The notes beneath the pieces were generated by a model. It saw only the letters and a list, made by a program, of their open reading frames with translations. It did no database searches and had not been told where the DNA came from. Shown here piece after piece: positions 13,401-25,976 of a stretch of 64,000 nucleotides of DNA; the stretch's first letter is position 1, and every line of letters begins with the position of its first letter. A program made the translations under genes and the position numbers. Source of the DNA: Pristiophorus japonicus (lineage: Eukaryota); assembly GCF_044704955.1 (NCBI RefSeq), contig NC_092006.1:7812001-7876000 (forward strand), in the 5' to 3' direction.

Positions 13401-14112
13401 GTTTAACTCCTCCCCAACAGCAGCAGCAAACACTCCCCCGAGGACATTGGTTCCGATCCTGCCCAGGTGCAGACCGTCCGGTTTGTACTGGCCCCACCTC
13501 CCCCAAAACCGGTTCCAATGTCCCAGGAATTTGAATCCCTCCCTTCTGCACCACGTATTCATCTGAGCTATCCTGCGATTCCTACTCTGACTCGCACGTG
13601 GCACTGGTAGCAATCCTGAGATTACTACTTTTGAGGTCCTACTTTTTAAATTTAGCTCCTAGCTCCCTAAATTCGTCTCGTAGGACCTCATCCCGTTTTT
13701 TTACCTATATCGTTGGTACCTATGTGCACCACGACAACTGGCTGTTCACCCTCCCTTTTCAGAATGTCCTGCACCCACTCCGAGACATCCTTGACCCTTG
13801 CACCAGGGAGGCAATATATCATCCTGGAGTCGCGGTTGCGGCCACAGAAACTCCTATCTATTCCCCTTACAATCGAATCCCCTATCACAATAGCTCTCCC
13901 ACTCTTTTTCCTGCCATCCTGTGCAGCAGAGCCACACACGGTGCCATGAACTTGGCTGCTGCTGCCCTCCCCTGATAAGTCATCCCCCTCAACAGTACCC
14001 AAGGCGGTGTATCTGATTTGCAGGGGGATGACCGCAGGGGACCCCTGCACTACCTTTCTTCCACTGCTCTTCCTGTTGGTCACCCATTTACTATCTGGCT
14101 GTGTAACCTGTA
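10430..14112 (-). mobile_element. Near full-length CR1 LINE, inactivated by frameshifts and deletions
   Basis: ORF1 SGNH-esterase motifs (GDSIVRG, VVHIGTND, DGLHL); APE endonuclease (LNARSIRNK, GITETWL, MGDFN); RT ([25 protein letters not shown]); CR1 tail. Split over several ORFs. Confidence 0.95.
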
Positions 14113-14390
14113 CCTGCCACATCTAACTCCCTTTTGAATATATCTAACGAACTGGCCTCAACAACTTTCTGTGGTAGAGAATTCCACAGGTTCACAATTC
14201 TCTGGGTGAAGAAGTTTCTCCTCATCTCGGTCCTAAATGGCTTACCCCTTATCCTTAGACTGTGACCCCTGATTCTGGACTTCCCCAACATCGGGAACAT
14301 TCTTCCTGCATCTAACTTGTCCAGTCCCGTCAGAATTTTATATGTTTCTATGAGATCCCCTCTCATTCTTCTAAATTCCAGTGAATATAA
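14113..14390 (-). mobile_element. CR1 LINE 3' fragment
   Basis: MRGDLIETYKIL...RRNFFTQRIVNLWNSLP. Confidence 0.88.
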
Positions 14391-15124
14391 TGCTCACCAC
14401 CACCTTCTCAATTAGGGATAGAAGAATCCTGTTGTATTTGCAATCACATCTTTCCTGTATTGCGATCGAGCTGGAAATCTTTATAATGCATTATACACCC
14501 AACTGTGCAACACTCCTGTCATTACGAAAAAAAGTATGTCCTCTCCAACTTTGCATGAGCAATGCCAGGGGAGATCCACTTTATCAGTTTTCTCGATCAA
14601 ACCTGTTAATGTTCAACTGTAAACAAACTGCAAAGTTGCAACCGAGTTCAGAGCGGAGCGTTTTGTAACGAGAAAAACAGTTCGCAAGAGCCAGCGCACG
14701 TGAATTCGCGCGAACCAAGCTGGTGACTGCTCACGCCACCAACCATTTTGAAAAACAAAATGGTGGCCGTGAAATGAATCCAAATGACATAAAATAGGTT
14801 TGACAAATACGTGCAGCTCCAGATGCAGACGGGAGCACCCTAAAAACGCGGCGGACTTTTCAAAACTTCACTGGGTTCCGCGACCCACCGATTGAGGTGC
14901 CGGGGTTCAGAGTTGTCTCCTGTCCAAAGACGCTGAAGAAAGTATCCCTTTGCTGCAAAAGCTACTGTCCAGCCCTCAGCCCTGGAATATTTTAAGCGAT
15001 TTTCACATCCTATTCTAAACACGGCAACTTTCCACTGCACAGATCCTAACTGGGTAGAATTTACCGCCATAGCAGGATTAACAAAACAATTTGTATTTTA
15101 TATAGCACCCAAGTGTTATCAAAC

Positions 15125-16010
15125 AAAATCAAAAAATTTGACATCAAGCCACATAACAAGAAATTACAGCAGGTGACCAAAAGCTGGGTCAAAGAGGTCG
15201 GTTTTAAGGAGCGTCTCGAAGGAGGAGAGAGAGGCGGAGAGGGTTAGGGAGGGAGTCCCAGAGCTTGGGGCCCAGGCAGCTGAAGGCACGGCCGCCGATG
15301 GCGGAGCCATTATAATCAGGGATGCTCAAAAGGGCAACATTAGAGCGCAGATATCTCGAGGGGGTTGTGGGGCTGGGGGAGATTACAGAGATTGGGAGGG
15401 GGCGAAAGCCATGGAGGGATTTGTGAACACGGATGAGAATTTTGAAATTGAGGCGTTGCTTAACCGGGAGCCAATGTAGGTCAGCGAGCACAGGGAGTGA
15501 TGGGTGAGCGGGACTCGGTGCGAGTTAGGACACGGGGCAGCGAGCACAGGGGGTGATGGGTGAGTGGGACTCGGTGCGAGTTAGGACACGGGGCAGCGAG
15601 CACAGGGGGTGATGGGTGAGCGGGACTCGGTGCAAGTTAGGACACGGGGCAGCGAGCACAGGGGCTGATGGGTGAGCGGGACTCGGTGCGAGTTAGGACA
15701 CGGGGCAGCGAGCACAGGGGGTGATGGGTGAGCGGGACTCAGTACGAGTTAGGACATGGGGCAAGCGAGCACAGGGGGTGATAGGTGAGCGGGACTCAGT
15801 GCGAGTTAGGACACGGGGCAGCGAGCACAGGGGGTGATGGGTGAGCAGGACTCAGTGCGAGTTAGGACACGGGGGCAGCGAGCACAGGGGGTGATGGGTG
15901 AGCAGGACTCAGTGCGAATTAGGACACGGGGGCAGCGAGCACAGGGGGTGATGGGTGAGCGGGACTCGGTGCGAATTAGGACACGGGCTGCCGAGTTTTT
16001 GAATGACCTC
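15125..16010 (-). mobile_element. L2 LINE 3' fragment with 56/57-bp array (about 9 copies, 15483-15990)
   Basis: NSAARVL.RT, LADLHWLPVKQR, GGRAFSCLGPKLWDSLP. Confidence 0.9.
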
Positions 16011-16494
16011 AAGCAACACACGAATTCCGCTAATCCACCTTGCAAGGGAACCGTTACTCTTCCAGGGATAAGAACAAATCACATCCCTCTTTCTCAGTCG
16101 CCAAGTGTCAAGCGGAACTTGAGGGAGTGGGAACTGCGCTCAGACAAAAACAGGCTGCGGCCCGGCGGGGAAATTGCGGCCGTGTAAACATTTAGACGCC
16201 GTGGATTTTGGGCTTGGCAAGCACCACTTGCACCCCAGCCTGGAACTCGATGTACCCAATTGCCGAATTCCCCACGTTACAACTTCAAAAAGATACTTCC
16301 GTTGGCTGTGAAGCACTTTGGGACGCTAGCCGGTCGTGAAAGGTGCTACAGAAATGCAGGTCTTTCTTTTAAATTCAATCCAAATGGCGGAATCCCAACG
16401 GAACAGAGGCGGCCAATCGGCTCATCGAGCCAGTGGCTGCTCTTTCCCTGTAGCCCGTGCAAAAATTCTTCCCCTTCAGAGTATACTACAGTAT

Positions 16495-17440
16495 TAGGCA
16501 GTCCCTCGTATCGAGGATAAACTGTTTCGACACCAAAAAGGGATGAGTTCATAGAAACATAGAAAATAGGTGCAGGAGCAGGCCATTCGGCCCTTCGAGC
16601 CTGCACCACCATTCAATATGATCATGGCTGATCATGCAACTTCAGTACCCCATTCCTGCTTTCTCTCCATACCCCTTGATCCCTTTAATAAGGGCCACAT
16701 CTAACGCCCTTTTGAATATATCCAACAAACTGGCCTCAACAACTTTCTGTGGTAGAGAATTCCACAGGTTCACAATTCTCTGAGTGAAGAAGTTTCTCCT
16801 CATCTCGGTCCCAAATGGCTTACCCCTTATCCTTAGACTGTGACCCCCTGGTTCTGGACTTCCCCAACATCGGGAACATTCTTCCTGCATCTAACCTGTC
16901 CAGTCCCGTCAGAAATTTTATATGTTTCTATGCGATCCCCTCTCATTCTTCGAAATTCCAGTGAATATAAGCCTAGTCGATCCAGTCTTTCTTCGTACAT
17001 CAGCCCTGCCATCCCGGGACAGGTGTTTCAATGAGGGACCTGACATTCTAGGTCCCGAACTACATCTTGAAGGATGGAAGACACCTGTGGGTGGATTTAT
17101 TTAACGTGTGGTGGCCGTTGCACACCAGCCACCACACGGGCTTGACAAGAGCTAGGACTTGGTCCAGACGACCTGAGACCAAGCTCTGCAGCACGGACCT
17201 AGTGGGCACACATACTCCTACTATCTATAGATCGCAGTGTGGGCTGGCACGTGCTGCCCCTGGGCCCCGATCTCGCGCCGCTCCTCCGCCCCGATCTCGA
17301 GCCGCTCCTCCGCCCCGATCTCGCGCCGCTCCTCCGCCCCGATCTCGAGCCGCTCCTCCGCCCCGATCTCGCGCCGCTCCTCCGCCCCCGATCAAAAATG
17401 GAGCAGTCAGTGACAGGACATCAATTAGTTTCCTCTTATC
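16495..17440 (-). mobile_element. RTE-derived short element interrupted by a CR1 3' end (about 16550-17017); includes a 24-bp x5 repeat at about 17265-17390
   Basis: The element body continues across the CR1 fragment; repeat unit gccccgatctcgcgccgctcctcc. Confidence 0.8.
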
Positions 17441-17919
17441 TTGGAGACATCAAATATCAACACACTGTTATTTGAAATATCAAAGTATTAAACAAGAGTA
17501 TTCCCTTTCAAAAGTTACGATTGAAACTGCTTTCACCGCCTCTTTCTGCATTCCAGATCGTGCAGAAAAATAAATGAAACCTCCGCTTTTAAAAAAAAAT
17601 AAAATAATATGCACGCTTTTGTTTTTGCACGGGTTGGGAATGCAAAGAAAGTACTCGGTCAACAAAATGCAAAAGGAAAAAAAAATGTAATTTTCCCTCC
17701 TCTTTGCAAAAAAAAACAATTATTAAAAGTAAAATAATTCAGAAAACAATCACATTTTGCATAATGCACCACGTTCTCTGCCACAATACAACAGTTTTTG
17801 TTTTACAAGAGAGAACAGCCTTAGGAAGGAATACATGCCTTTGCAAAAAAAAAGAATTACACTGCATTCTCCTGCAAAAAAAAGATATATGGAGCTGCCT
17901 GCAGTCAACCATGTTTATT

Positions 17920-19260
17920 GGAAGAGAGAAAGTGATAGAAAAAGGAGAGAAAGAAAAAAGGTATAAAAGGAGGAATGAGAAAGAGATGGAAAGAAAGGAG
18001 AAAGAAGGAATGAAAGGAGAGAAAGTGAGAAAGAAGGAATGAAAGGAGAGATAGAAATAAAGAGATAAAAAGAGAAAGAAAGGAAGGAGGGAGAAAAAGG
18101 AATGAAAGGGGAAAGGAGGGATAGAAATAAAGATAGAGAAAGAAGGAATGAAAGATAGAGAAAGAAGGAATGAAAGATAGAGAAAGAAGGAATGAAAGAT
18201 AGAGAAAGAAGGAATGAAAGATAGAGAAAGAAGGAATGAAAGATAGAGAAAGAAGGAATGAAAGATAGAGAAAGAAGGAATGAAAGAGAGAAAGAAGGAA
18301 TGAAAGGAGAGATAGAAATAGAGATAAAGAGAAAGAAAGAAGGAATGAAAGGAGAAAGGAGGGATAGAAATAAAGATAGAGAAAGAAGGAATGAAAGATA
18401 GAGAAAGAAGGAATGAAAGATAGAGAAAGAAGGAATGAAAGATAGAGAAAGAAGGAATGAAAGATAGAGAAAGAAGGAATGAAAGATAGAGAAAGAAGGA
18501 ATGAAAGATAGAGAAAGAAGGAATGAAAGATAGAGAAAGAAGGAATGAAAGATAGAGAAAGAAGGAATGAAAGATAGAGAAAGAAGGAATGAAAGGAGAG
18601 ATAGAAATAGAGATAAAGAGAAAGAAAGAAGGAATGAAAGGAGAAAGGAGGGATAGAAAAAGATAGAGAAAGAAGGAATGAAAGATAGAGAAAGAAGGAA
18701 TGGAAGGAGAGATAGAAATAAAGAGATAAAGAAAGAAAGGAAGGAAGGAGGGAGAAAAAGGAATGAAAGGGGAAAGGAGGGATAGAAATAAAGATAGAGA
18801 AAGAAGGAATGAAAGATAGATAAAGAAGGAATGAAAGATAGATAAAGAAGGAATGAAAGATAGATAAAGAAGGAATGAAAGATAGATAGAGAAAGAAGGA
18901 ATGAAAGATAGATAAAGAAGGAATGAAAGATAGATAGGAGAAAGAAGGAATGAAAGATAGATAGAGAAAGAAGGAATGAAAGAGAGACAGAGAAAGAAGG
19001 AATGAAAGATAGATAGAGAAAGAAGGAATGAAAGGAGAGAAAGAAGAGAATGAAAGGAGAGAAAGAAGAGAATGAAAGGAGAAAGGAAAGATAGAAAGAG
19101 AAAGAAATAAAGATAAAAGTAGAAAGAGAATGAAAGGAGAGAAAGGAATGAGAGAGAAATAGATAAAGAAGGAATGAAAGAAGAACGAAGGAAAAAGATA
19201 AAGGGAGAGAAAGAAGGAGAGAGATAAAAAGAGAAAGAGAGAGCTGAATGTGAGGGAGAG
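17920..19260. repeat. Purine-rich satellite (core unit gaaagaaggaatgaaagataga, 22 bp)
   Basis: About 1.3 kb with almost no C on the plus strand; source of the spurious F/S/L-rich 688-aa and 494-aa ORFs. Confidence 0.95.
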
Positions 19261-20080
19261 AACAGAGCGCTGGACAACATGGCGGGCCCGGGCTTCTTCA
19301 CCAAAAGCTGCCGGGGGCCGGGTTGGCTCGGCGGCAACAACAACAACAAAAGGCGGCGGGCGGCGGTGTTTATCGGAGAGCGCGAACACTCACTGACTGG
19401 GGCCGGCTCCGGGCTCCGGGCTCCGGGCGGGTGACGGCGGCGGGCAAATGGCGGAGAGAGAAAGATGTCGGCCCTCTCTCTCTCTCTCTCCTCTCTCCTC
19501 CCTCTCTCTCTCCCTCTCTCTCTCGATGTGTGTTTTGTTTTTTTTTTTCCTGTCGCGGGGGAGGTGAGCGGCCACGATGTCTGCCTTCCCCCTTTCCCCG
19601 CGGTGTCCCTGTCCCTCCCCGGACGGGCGGGACGCAGGCCCCCGCTCTCTCTCTCTCTCTCTCTCCCTCCCTCCCTCTCCCCAAGATGGCGGCGGGCTGT
19701 TGTCCGCTTTCTCTCTCGCCGCCGACAAAAAGCGGGAAAACAAAAAATCTGCCTTTTTCTCCCAAACGACCGGCTAGAAACCTTCCCGGCCTCGAACACA
19801 ACCAACCGCTGACAGAAACCCCCCTCGCCTTACCTCTGTTTTTTGTCCAGCTGCAAGAATGTTCATAAAAGACCAAACAGCCCCCCCCCCCTTCTTCTTC
19901 TTCTTCTTCTTCTTCTTCCCCCCCCCCCCACAACTCCTATATTTTTTCTTTCCTTTTGAGATTTCTGGAATTTTCTTTTTTTTTTTGCATCCGGTTTCCC
20001 CCCCCCACCCACCCCCTAAACTTCCCCCTCCCCTTCTCTCCTTCTTCCTCTGGGCCTGAGGTCACTTCCTGCCAGACCAT
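19260..20080. promoter_or_regulatory. CpG-island promoter / first-exon region of an unidentified gene (probably minus strand)
   Basis: CpG-rich, non-TE sequence. YY1-type motifs at 19276 (aacatggcgg), 19446 (aaatggcgg) and 19683 (aagatggcggc). ETS-type motif cacttcctg at 20063. Strong minus-strand donor GAG|GTAAGG at 19834/19833. Confidence 0.6.
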
Positions 20081-20199
20081 AATAACACAAGGGCCAGATT
20101 TTGTTGGCATTTTTCACCCCCTCCCCCCCCATCTCTTTCTGTCATCCCCCCCCCCCCGCAATCCCTCAAACCCCCCCCCCCCCCCAACACCGACCCCCG

Positions 20200-20890
20200 C
20201 CAAGCTTCACTAAAAATGGCTCTCTTCCAATTTGGTTGCGAGCTCCAAAGCGGGTCGCTCGCTCCCCAAGCTGCTCCGAAAATGGCTCTCCACAATTTGT
20301 TTGCGAGCACAAAAGCAGGCCACTCGTGCCTCTTCCCCAAGCTCCTCCAAAAATGGCTCCCAACAATGTGCTTGCAAGCACAGAAGGAGGCCGCTCATTC
20401 CCCTTCCCCCCCCCCCCCCCCCCCCACCACAATTCCCAAGCTCCTTCAAAAGTGGTTCCCAACAATTTGGTTGCGAGCACAGAAGGAGGCCCGCTCATTC
20501 CCCTCCCCAAGCTCCTCCAAAAATGGTTCCCAACAATTTGGTTGCAAGAACATAAGGAGGCCGCTCATTTCCGCCCCCCCCCCCCCCCGCACCACAATCC
20601 CCAAGCTCCTTCAAAAGTGGTTCCCAACAATTTGGTTGCGAGCACAGAAGGAGGCCCGCTCATTCCCCTCCCCAAGCTCCTCCAAAAATGGTTCCCAACA
20701 ATTTGGTTGCAAGAACATAAGGAGGCCGCTCATTCCCCCCACTCCCCCCCCCCCCCACCACAATCCCCAAGCTCCTTCAAAAGTGGTTCCCAACAATTTG
20801 GTTGCGAGCACAGAAGGAGGCCCGCTCATTCCCCTCCCCAAGCTCCTCCAAACATGGCTCCCAACAATTTGGTTGCAAGCACAACCTTTC
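20200..20890. repeat. About 70-bp unit x9 with variable poly-C spacers
   Basis: caagctcctccaaaaatggttcccaacaatttggttgc...ggaggccgctcattcccc repeated, with higher-order alternation of two variants. Confidence 0.88.
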
Positions 20891-21179
20891 CTTCGAAGCC
20901 CACCCCCCCCTCCCCCCCACCGGCCAGCTCAAATTGACGGCCAAATTGGCCACGGGTCACGTGTTACGGTTCGCAAATGTAATTAAGTTAATTTTATATA
21001 GCGCCTTTCACGACCGCCCGAACATCTCGAAGCGCTTTTACGAGCCGATGGAGTACTTTTTGGAGCGCGGTCGCTGTTGTAATGTGGGAAGAGCGGCAGC
21101 CGATTTGCGAGCAAGCAAGCTCCCACAAACAGCAACGTGATAATCACCAGATCATCTGAGGGGGGTTTTTTTTGTCATG

Positions 21180-23240
21180 CAAGAGCGTCTTCCCATTCCC
21201 AGATTTAGCGATTACTGAAACGTGGCTTAAAGAGGGGCAGGAAGGGCAGCTCAACATTCCTGGTTACAGGGTTTTCAGACCAGATTGACAGGGAGGGGGG
21301 GTTAAAAAAAGGAGAGGGCAGTGGCAATATTGGCTAAAGAAACAATTACAGAAGGGATGATATATTAGAAGGATCATCAAATGAGACTATATGGGTTGAA
21401 CTAAATAACAGAAAAGGGACAATCACACTGCTGGGAGTATACTATAGACCCCCCCAAACTGTCCGAGGGAGATAGAAGAGCAAATTTGTTGGCAAATTTC
21501 TGACGTGCAAAAACAATAGGGCAGTAACAGTGGGGGTTTCAATTACCCTAATATTAACTGGGATACAATCAGTATAAAATGTGTAGAGGGCACAGATTCC
21601 CTTAATTGCATTCAGGACAACTTTCTTAGCCAGTACGTAGCAAGTCCAACAAGAGGGGGGGCAGTTCTGGATTTCGTTTCAGGGAATGAAGCTGGGCAGG
21701 TGGAAGGATTATCAGTGCGAGTATTTTTGTGGTGGTGATCATAATTCAGTTCCGTTTTCGCATGGTTGTGGATAAGGATACAGATAAAACGGAAGTAGAG
21801 GTTCTTTTCGAACACTCGCCAGTTCTAACGAAGGGTCATCGACCTGAAACGTTAACTCTGTTTCTCTCTCCACAGATGCTGCCTGACCCGCTGAGATTTC
21901 CAGCACTGTTTTTATCTCCGATTCCAGCATCCGCAGTATTTTGCTTTTGCAAAGACTCTAAATTGTAGGGAAGGCCAGTTTTACTGAGTTGAGAGGTGAT
22001 GTAGAAAAAGGGGACTGGAAACAGCGACTTGAAGGTAAATCAGCGCCAGAGCAGCGAGAGGCGTTCAAGAGGGAGATACAAGGGGTTCAGGGTAAACATG
22101 TTCCCACAAAGAAAAAGGGTCGACCTGCCAAATTTAGAGCCCCCTGGATGACAGGGCGCACACAGGGTAAGGTGAGGCAAAAAAGGAAAGCTTATATCAG
22201 ACATCGAGAGCTCAACACCACAGAAAGCCCAGAACAGTATAGAAAGTGTCGGGGTAAAATCAAAAAGTAAATTAGGAAAGGAAAGAGAGGGCATGAAAAA
22301 ATGCTGGCACGTGGATCAAAGAAAACCCAAATATGTTTTATAATTACATAAAGAGCAAGAGGATAACGAAGGAAAGAGTTGGTCCAATTTGGGACCAAAA
22401 TGGCCATCTATGAATGGAGGTGGAGTTCTGTGGGTAAGTTACTTAATGAACACTTTGCAGCCGTCTTCACAAAAGAGGGAGACGATGCCAATGTTGAGGT
22501 TCAGGAGGAAGAAAGTGAAATGTTGGGCGGGTTAAACATAGTAAGAGAGGAAGTATTAAGGGGTTTAGCATCTTTGAAAGTCGACAAATCGCCAGGGCCA
22601 GATGAAATATATCCGAGGCTATTAAACGAAGCAAGGGAGGAAATTGCACAGGCTCTGACCATCATTTTCCAAACCTCCCTGGCAACAGGCGTGGTGCCAG
22701 AGGATTGGAGAACTGCAATTGTTTCAAAAGGGAGGAAGGGATAAACCAAGCGATTACGGGCCAGTTCGTTTAACCTCGGTGGTGGGCAAATTATTGGAAT
22801 CAATTCTGAGGGGCAGTATAAACCTTCATTTAGAAAGACACGGATTAATCAAGGACAGTCAGCATGGATTTGTTAAGGGCAGGTTGCGTCTGACTAAATT
22901 GATTGAATTTTTTTGACGAGGTAACCAAGAGGGCCGATGAGGGCAGTGCGTTTGATGTCGGCTACATGGATTTTGACAAGGCTTTTGACAAGGTTCCACA
23001 TGGCAGGCTGATCAAGAAAATAAAAGCCCATGGGATCCAAGGGGGAAGGGTAAATTGGATCCAAAATTGGCCCAGTTGCAGGAAGCCAAGAGTAATGGTT
23101 GATGGGCGTTTCTGCAACTGGAAGGCTGTTTCCAGTGGGGTTCCACAGGGAACAGTTATTGTCCCTTGTTTTTTGTCGTAGATATTAATGATTTAGACTT
23201 AAATATAGGGGTCATGATAAAGACGTTTGCAGATGCTACT
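21180..23240 (+). mobile_element. Older, degraded CR1 LINE ORF2 fragment
   Basis: ITETWL-type endonuclease remnant, [40 protein letters not shown]; many stops and frameshifts. Confidence 0.9.
21810..21950 (+). mobile_element. Probable Penelope-like element terminal fragment with minimal hammerhead-ribozyme relic
   Basis: agtt-CTAACGA-a-gggtc-atc-gacct-GAAA-cgtt-aact followed by cacagatgctgcctgacccgctgag; a partial second copy lies at about 38610-38685. Confidence 0.55.
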
Positions 23241-23274
23241 GGGACCAATATTTCTAAATCCATCTATGCCATTC

Positions 23275-24168
23275 GCCTTATATAGCGCCTATCACAGCCA
23301 ATGAAGTATTTTTTTCTGAAGTGTGCTCACTGTTGTATTGTGGGAAACGCGGCAGCCAATTTGCGCACAGCAAGCTCCCACACACAGCAATGTGATAATG
23401 ACCCAGATCATCTTTTTTTAGTGATGTTGGTTGAGGGATAAATATTGGCCACAGGACACCGGGGAGAACTCCCCCTGCTCTTCAAAATAGTTCCGTGGGA
23501 TCTTTTATGTTCACCTGAGCGAGCAGACGGGGCCTTGATTTAACGTCTCATCCGAAAGACGGCACCTCCGACAATGCAGCGCTCCCTCAGTACCGACCCT
23601 CCGACAGTGCGGCGCTCCCTCAGTACCGCCCCTCCGACAGTGCGGCGCTCCATCAGTACCGCCCCTCCGACAGTGCGGCGCTCCCTCAGTACCGCCCTTC
23701 CGACAGTGCGGCGCTCCCTCAGTACCGCCCTTCCGACAGTGCGGCGCTCCCTCAGTACCGCCCCTCCGACAGTGCGGCGCTCCCTCAGTACCACCCCTCC
23801 GACAGTGCGGCGCTCCCTCAGTACCGCCCCTCCGACAGTGCGGCGCTCCATCAGTACCGCCCCTCCGACAGTGCGGCGCTCCATCAGTACCGCCCCTCCG
23901 ACAGTGCGGCGCTCCATCAGTACCGCCCCTCCGACAGTGCGCCGCTCCCTCAGTACCGCCCCTCCGACAGTGCGGCGCTCCCTCAGTACCGCCCCTCCGA
24001 CAGTGCGGCGCTCCCTCAGTACCGCCCCTCCGACAGTGCGGCGCTCCCTCAGTACTGCACTGGGAGTGTCAGCCTGGATTTTTGAGCTCAAGGCTCTGGA
24101 ATGGGACTTGAACCCATGACCTTCTGACCCTGAGGCGATAGTGCTATCCACTGAGCCACAGCGGACAT
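23275..24168 (-). mobile_element. Full-length DeuSINE with 33-bp array (about 15 copies)
   Basis: Head, array 23563-24057, Deu domain and tail. Confidence 0.9.
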
Positions 24169-24619
24169 TCTAATTCATCCTGAGGTCGCTTTGAATGAAT
24201 TTGCCGTTGCAGACGGTAGCTTTTCTGACTCGCGCATGCTATAATAATATAAATTTCCCCAATCAAACGAACATTATCTGATAAAATGCTAAGCTGTCAC
24301 AATTGGACAGTTGCCAAGCAGAAAAGTTACCTGCAATTCCTAGAAATGGTTTACTAACATTGCTCAGACAGGGAAGATTTTATTTATGGCTGCATATAGT
24401 GGTACCAGCATTCTTGGCCAGAACATAGATGATAGGGTAATTCCTCTGTCAGTTGTGCCTGGAGACTGCGCTGCTGGAAGTGACTGGGATTGATTACACG
24501 CTCATCAATTGCAGTATGTAGCTTTCCGCCACTCCCTGCATTTTGCTGCGGAAATAATCCTGCTCTAATCGGGAGACTTTTGCTCATGAGTTCTGTTTGC
24601 TGTAGTGTGTCGAGACTCC

Positions 24620-25340
24620 ACTTAAATAGATTCTGTTGACTGAGCAAATAGAGTCTGTCTGCTGAGTAAATACATTCTGTTTACTGAGTAAATAGATTCT
24701 GTCTGCTGAGTAAATAGGCTAGTTGCTGTGTAAATAGACTCTGTCTGCTGAGTAAATAGACTAGTTGCTGAGTAAATAGATTCTGTTTACTGAATAAATG
24801 GACTGCTGAGTAAATAGATTCTGTCTGCTGAGTAAATAGATTCTGTTTGCTGAGTAAATATACTGTGCTGAGTAAATAGACTAGTTGCTGAGTAAATAGA
24901 TTCTGTTTACTGAGTAAATAGACTGCTGAGTAAATTGATTCTGTCTGTTGAGTAAATAGATTCTGTCTGCTGAGTAAATAGATTCTGTTTGCTGAGTAAA
25001 TATACTGTCTGCTGAGTGAATAGATTTTGTTTGCTGAGTAAATAGATTCTGTTTACTGAGTAAATAAGTAACTAGATTCAGTTTACTGAGTAAATAGACC
25101 CTGTTTGCTGAATAAATAGATTCTGTCTGCTGATGAAATAGATTCTGTCTGCTGATGAAATAGATTCTGTCTGCTGAGTAAATAGACTCATTCCTGAGTA
25201 AATAGACTGTTTGCTGAGTAAATAAACTCTGTCCGCTGACTAAATAGATTCTGTTTGCTGTGTAAATAGACTGCTGAGTAAATAGACACTGTCCGCTGAG
25301 TAAATAGACTGTTTGCTGAGGTAATTGACTCCGTTTGCTG
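24620..25340. repeat. About 22-bp satellite tgctgagtaaatagattctgt(c/t), about 30 copies
   Basis: Seen directly; a shorter inverted block of the same unit lies at about 25612-25746. Confidence 0.92.
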
Positions 25341-25976
25341 TAATTCCTGCCTCCAACTCATTGGCGGACACATTGGTGTCAATAGATTTTAACCCTACTT
25401 GCTCAGCAGAAACGTGTTGGGTGGGCGGTTATAATCGTCCCTGGGCTCTTACCTGTCCAAAAAACTGCCACGATCGCAACATCTGCCATGTTAACCTGCT
25501 CTCCTGAGCAGGCGGCAAGGTCACACGCGCCCGGAGCCGACAGGGTCCTCCTTCACATGGGCATGGTGTGGCCCGATGAAATCATTTAGACCCGACTGTA
25601 ATTTTAACTCGGGCAGACAGAGTCTACTTACTCAGCAAACAGATTCCATTTACTCAGCAATGAATCTATTTACTCAGCGGACAGAGTCTATTTACTCAGC
25701 GGACAGAGTCTATTTACTCAGCGGACAGAATCTATTTACTCAGCAACGAGTGAGGAATCCACCTGGAGTTAAAATCGGGGTCTGTTTCGGAGCTAAAATA
25801 AGGAGAAGGCCTTGCTGTGATTGGCATGAATGGCAGCCAGTCAGGAGCAATAATTCAAATTCATCTTCCAGCTCAGGGTTAGATCACTTTGAAAAAAAAA
25901 TAAACAAAGACTATTCAACTTTATCATTGAGAAAAATAAATATATTCTCCATAAAAATATCTTTCTGCTTTCTAAC

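Noticed and set aside
17739-19805. 688-aa and 494-aa F/S/L/I-rich ORFs resembling membrane proteins
   Set aside because: Read-through of a purine/pyrimidine satellite that lacks stops on one strand.
23563-24057. CRISPR-like appearance of 32-38-bp repeats
   Set aside because: Units are head-to-tail with no unique spacers, the context is eukaryotic and there are no cas genes.
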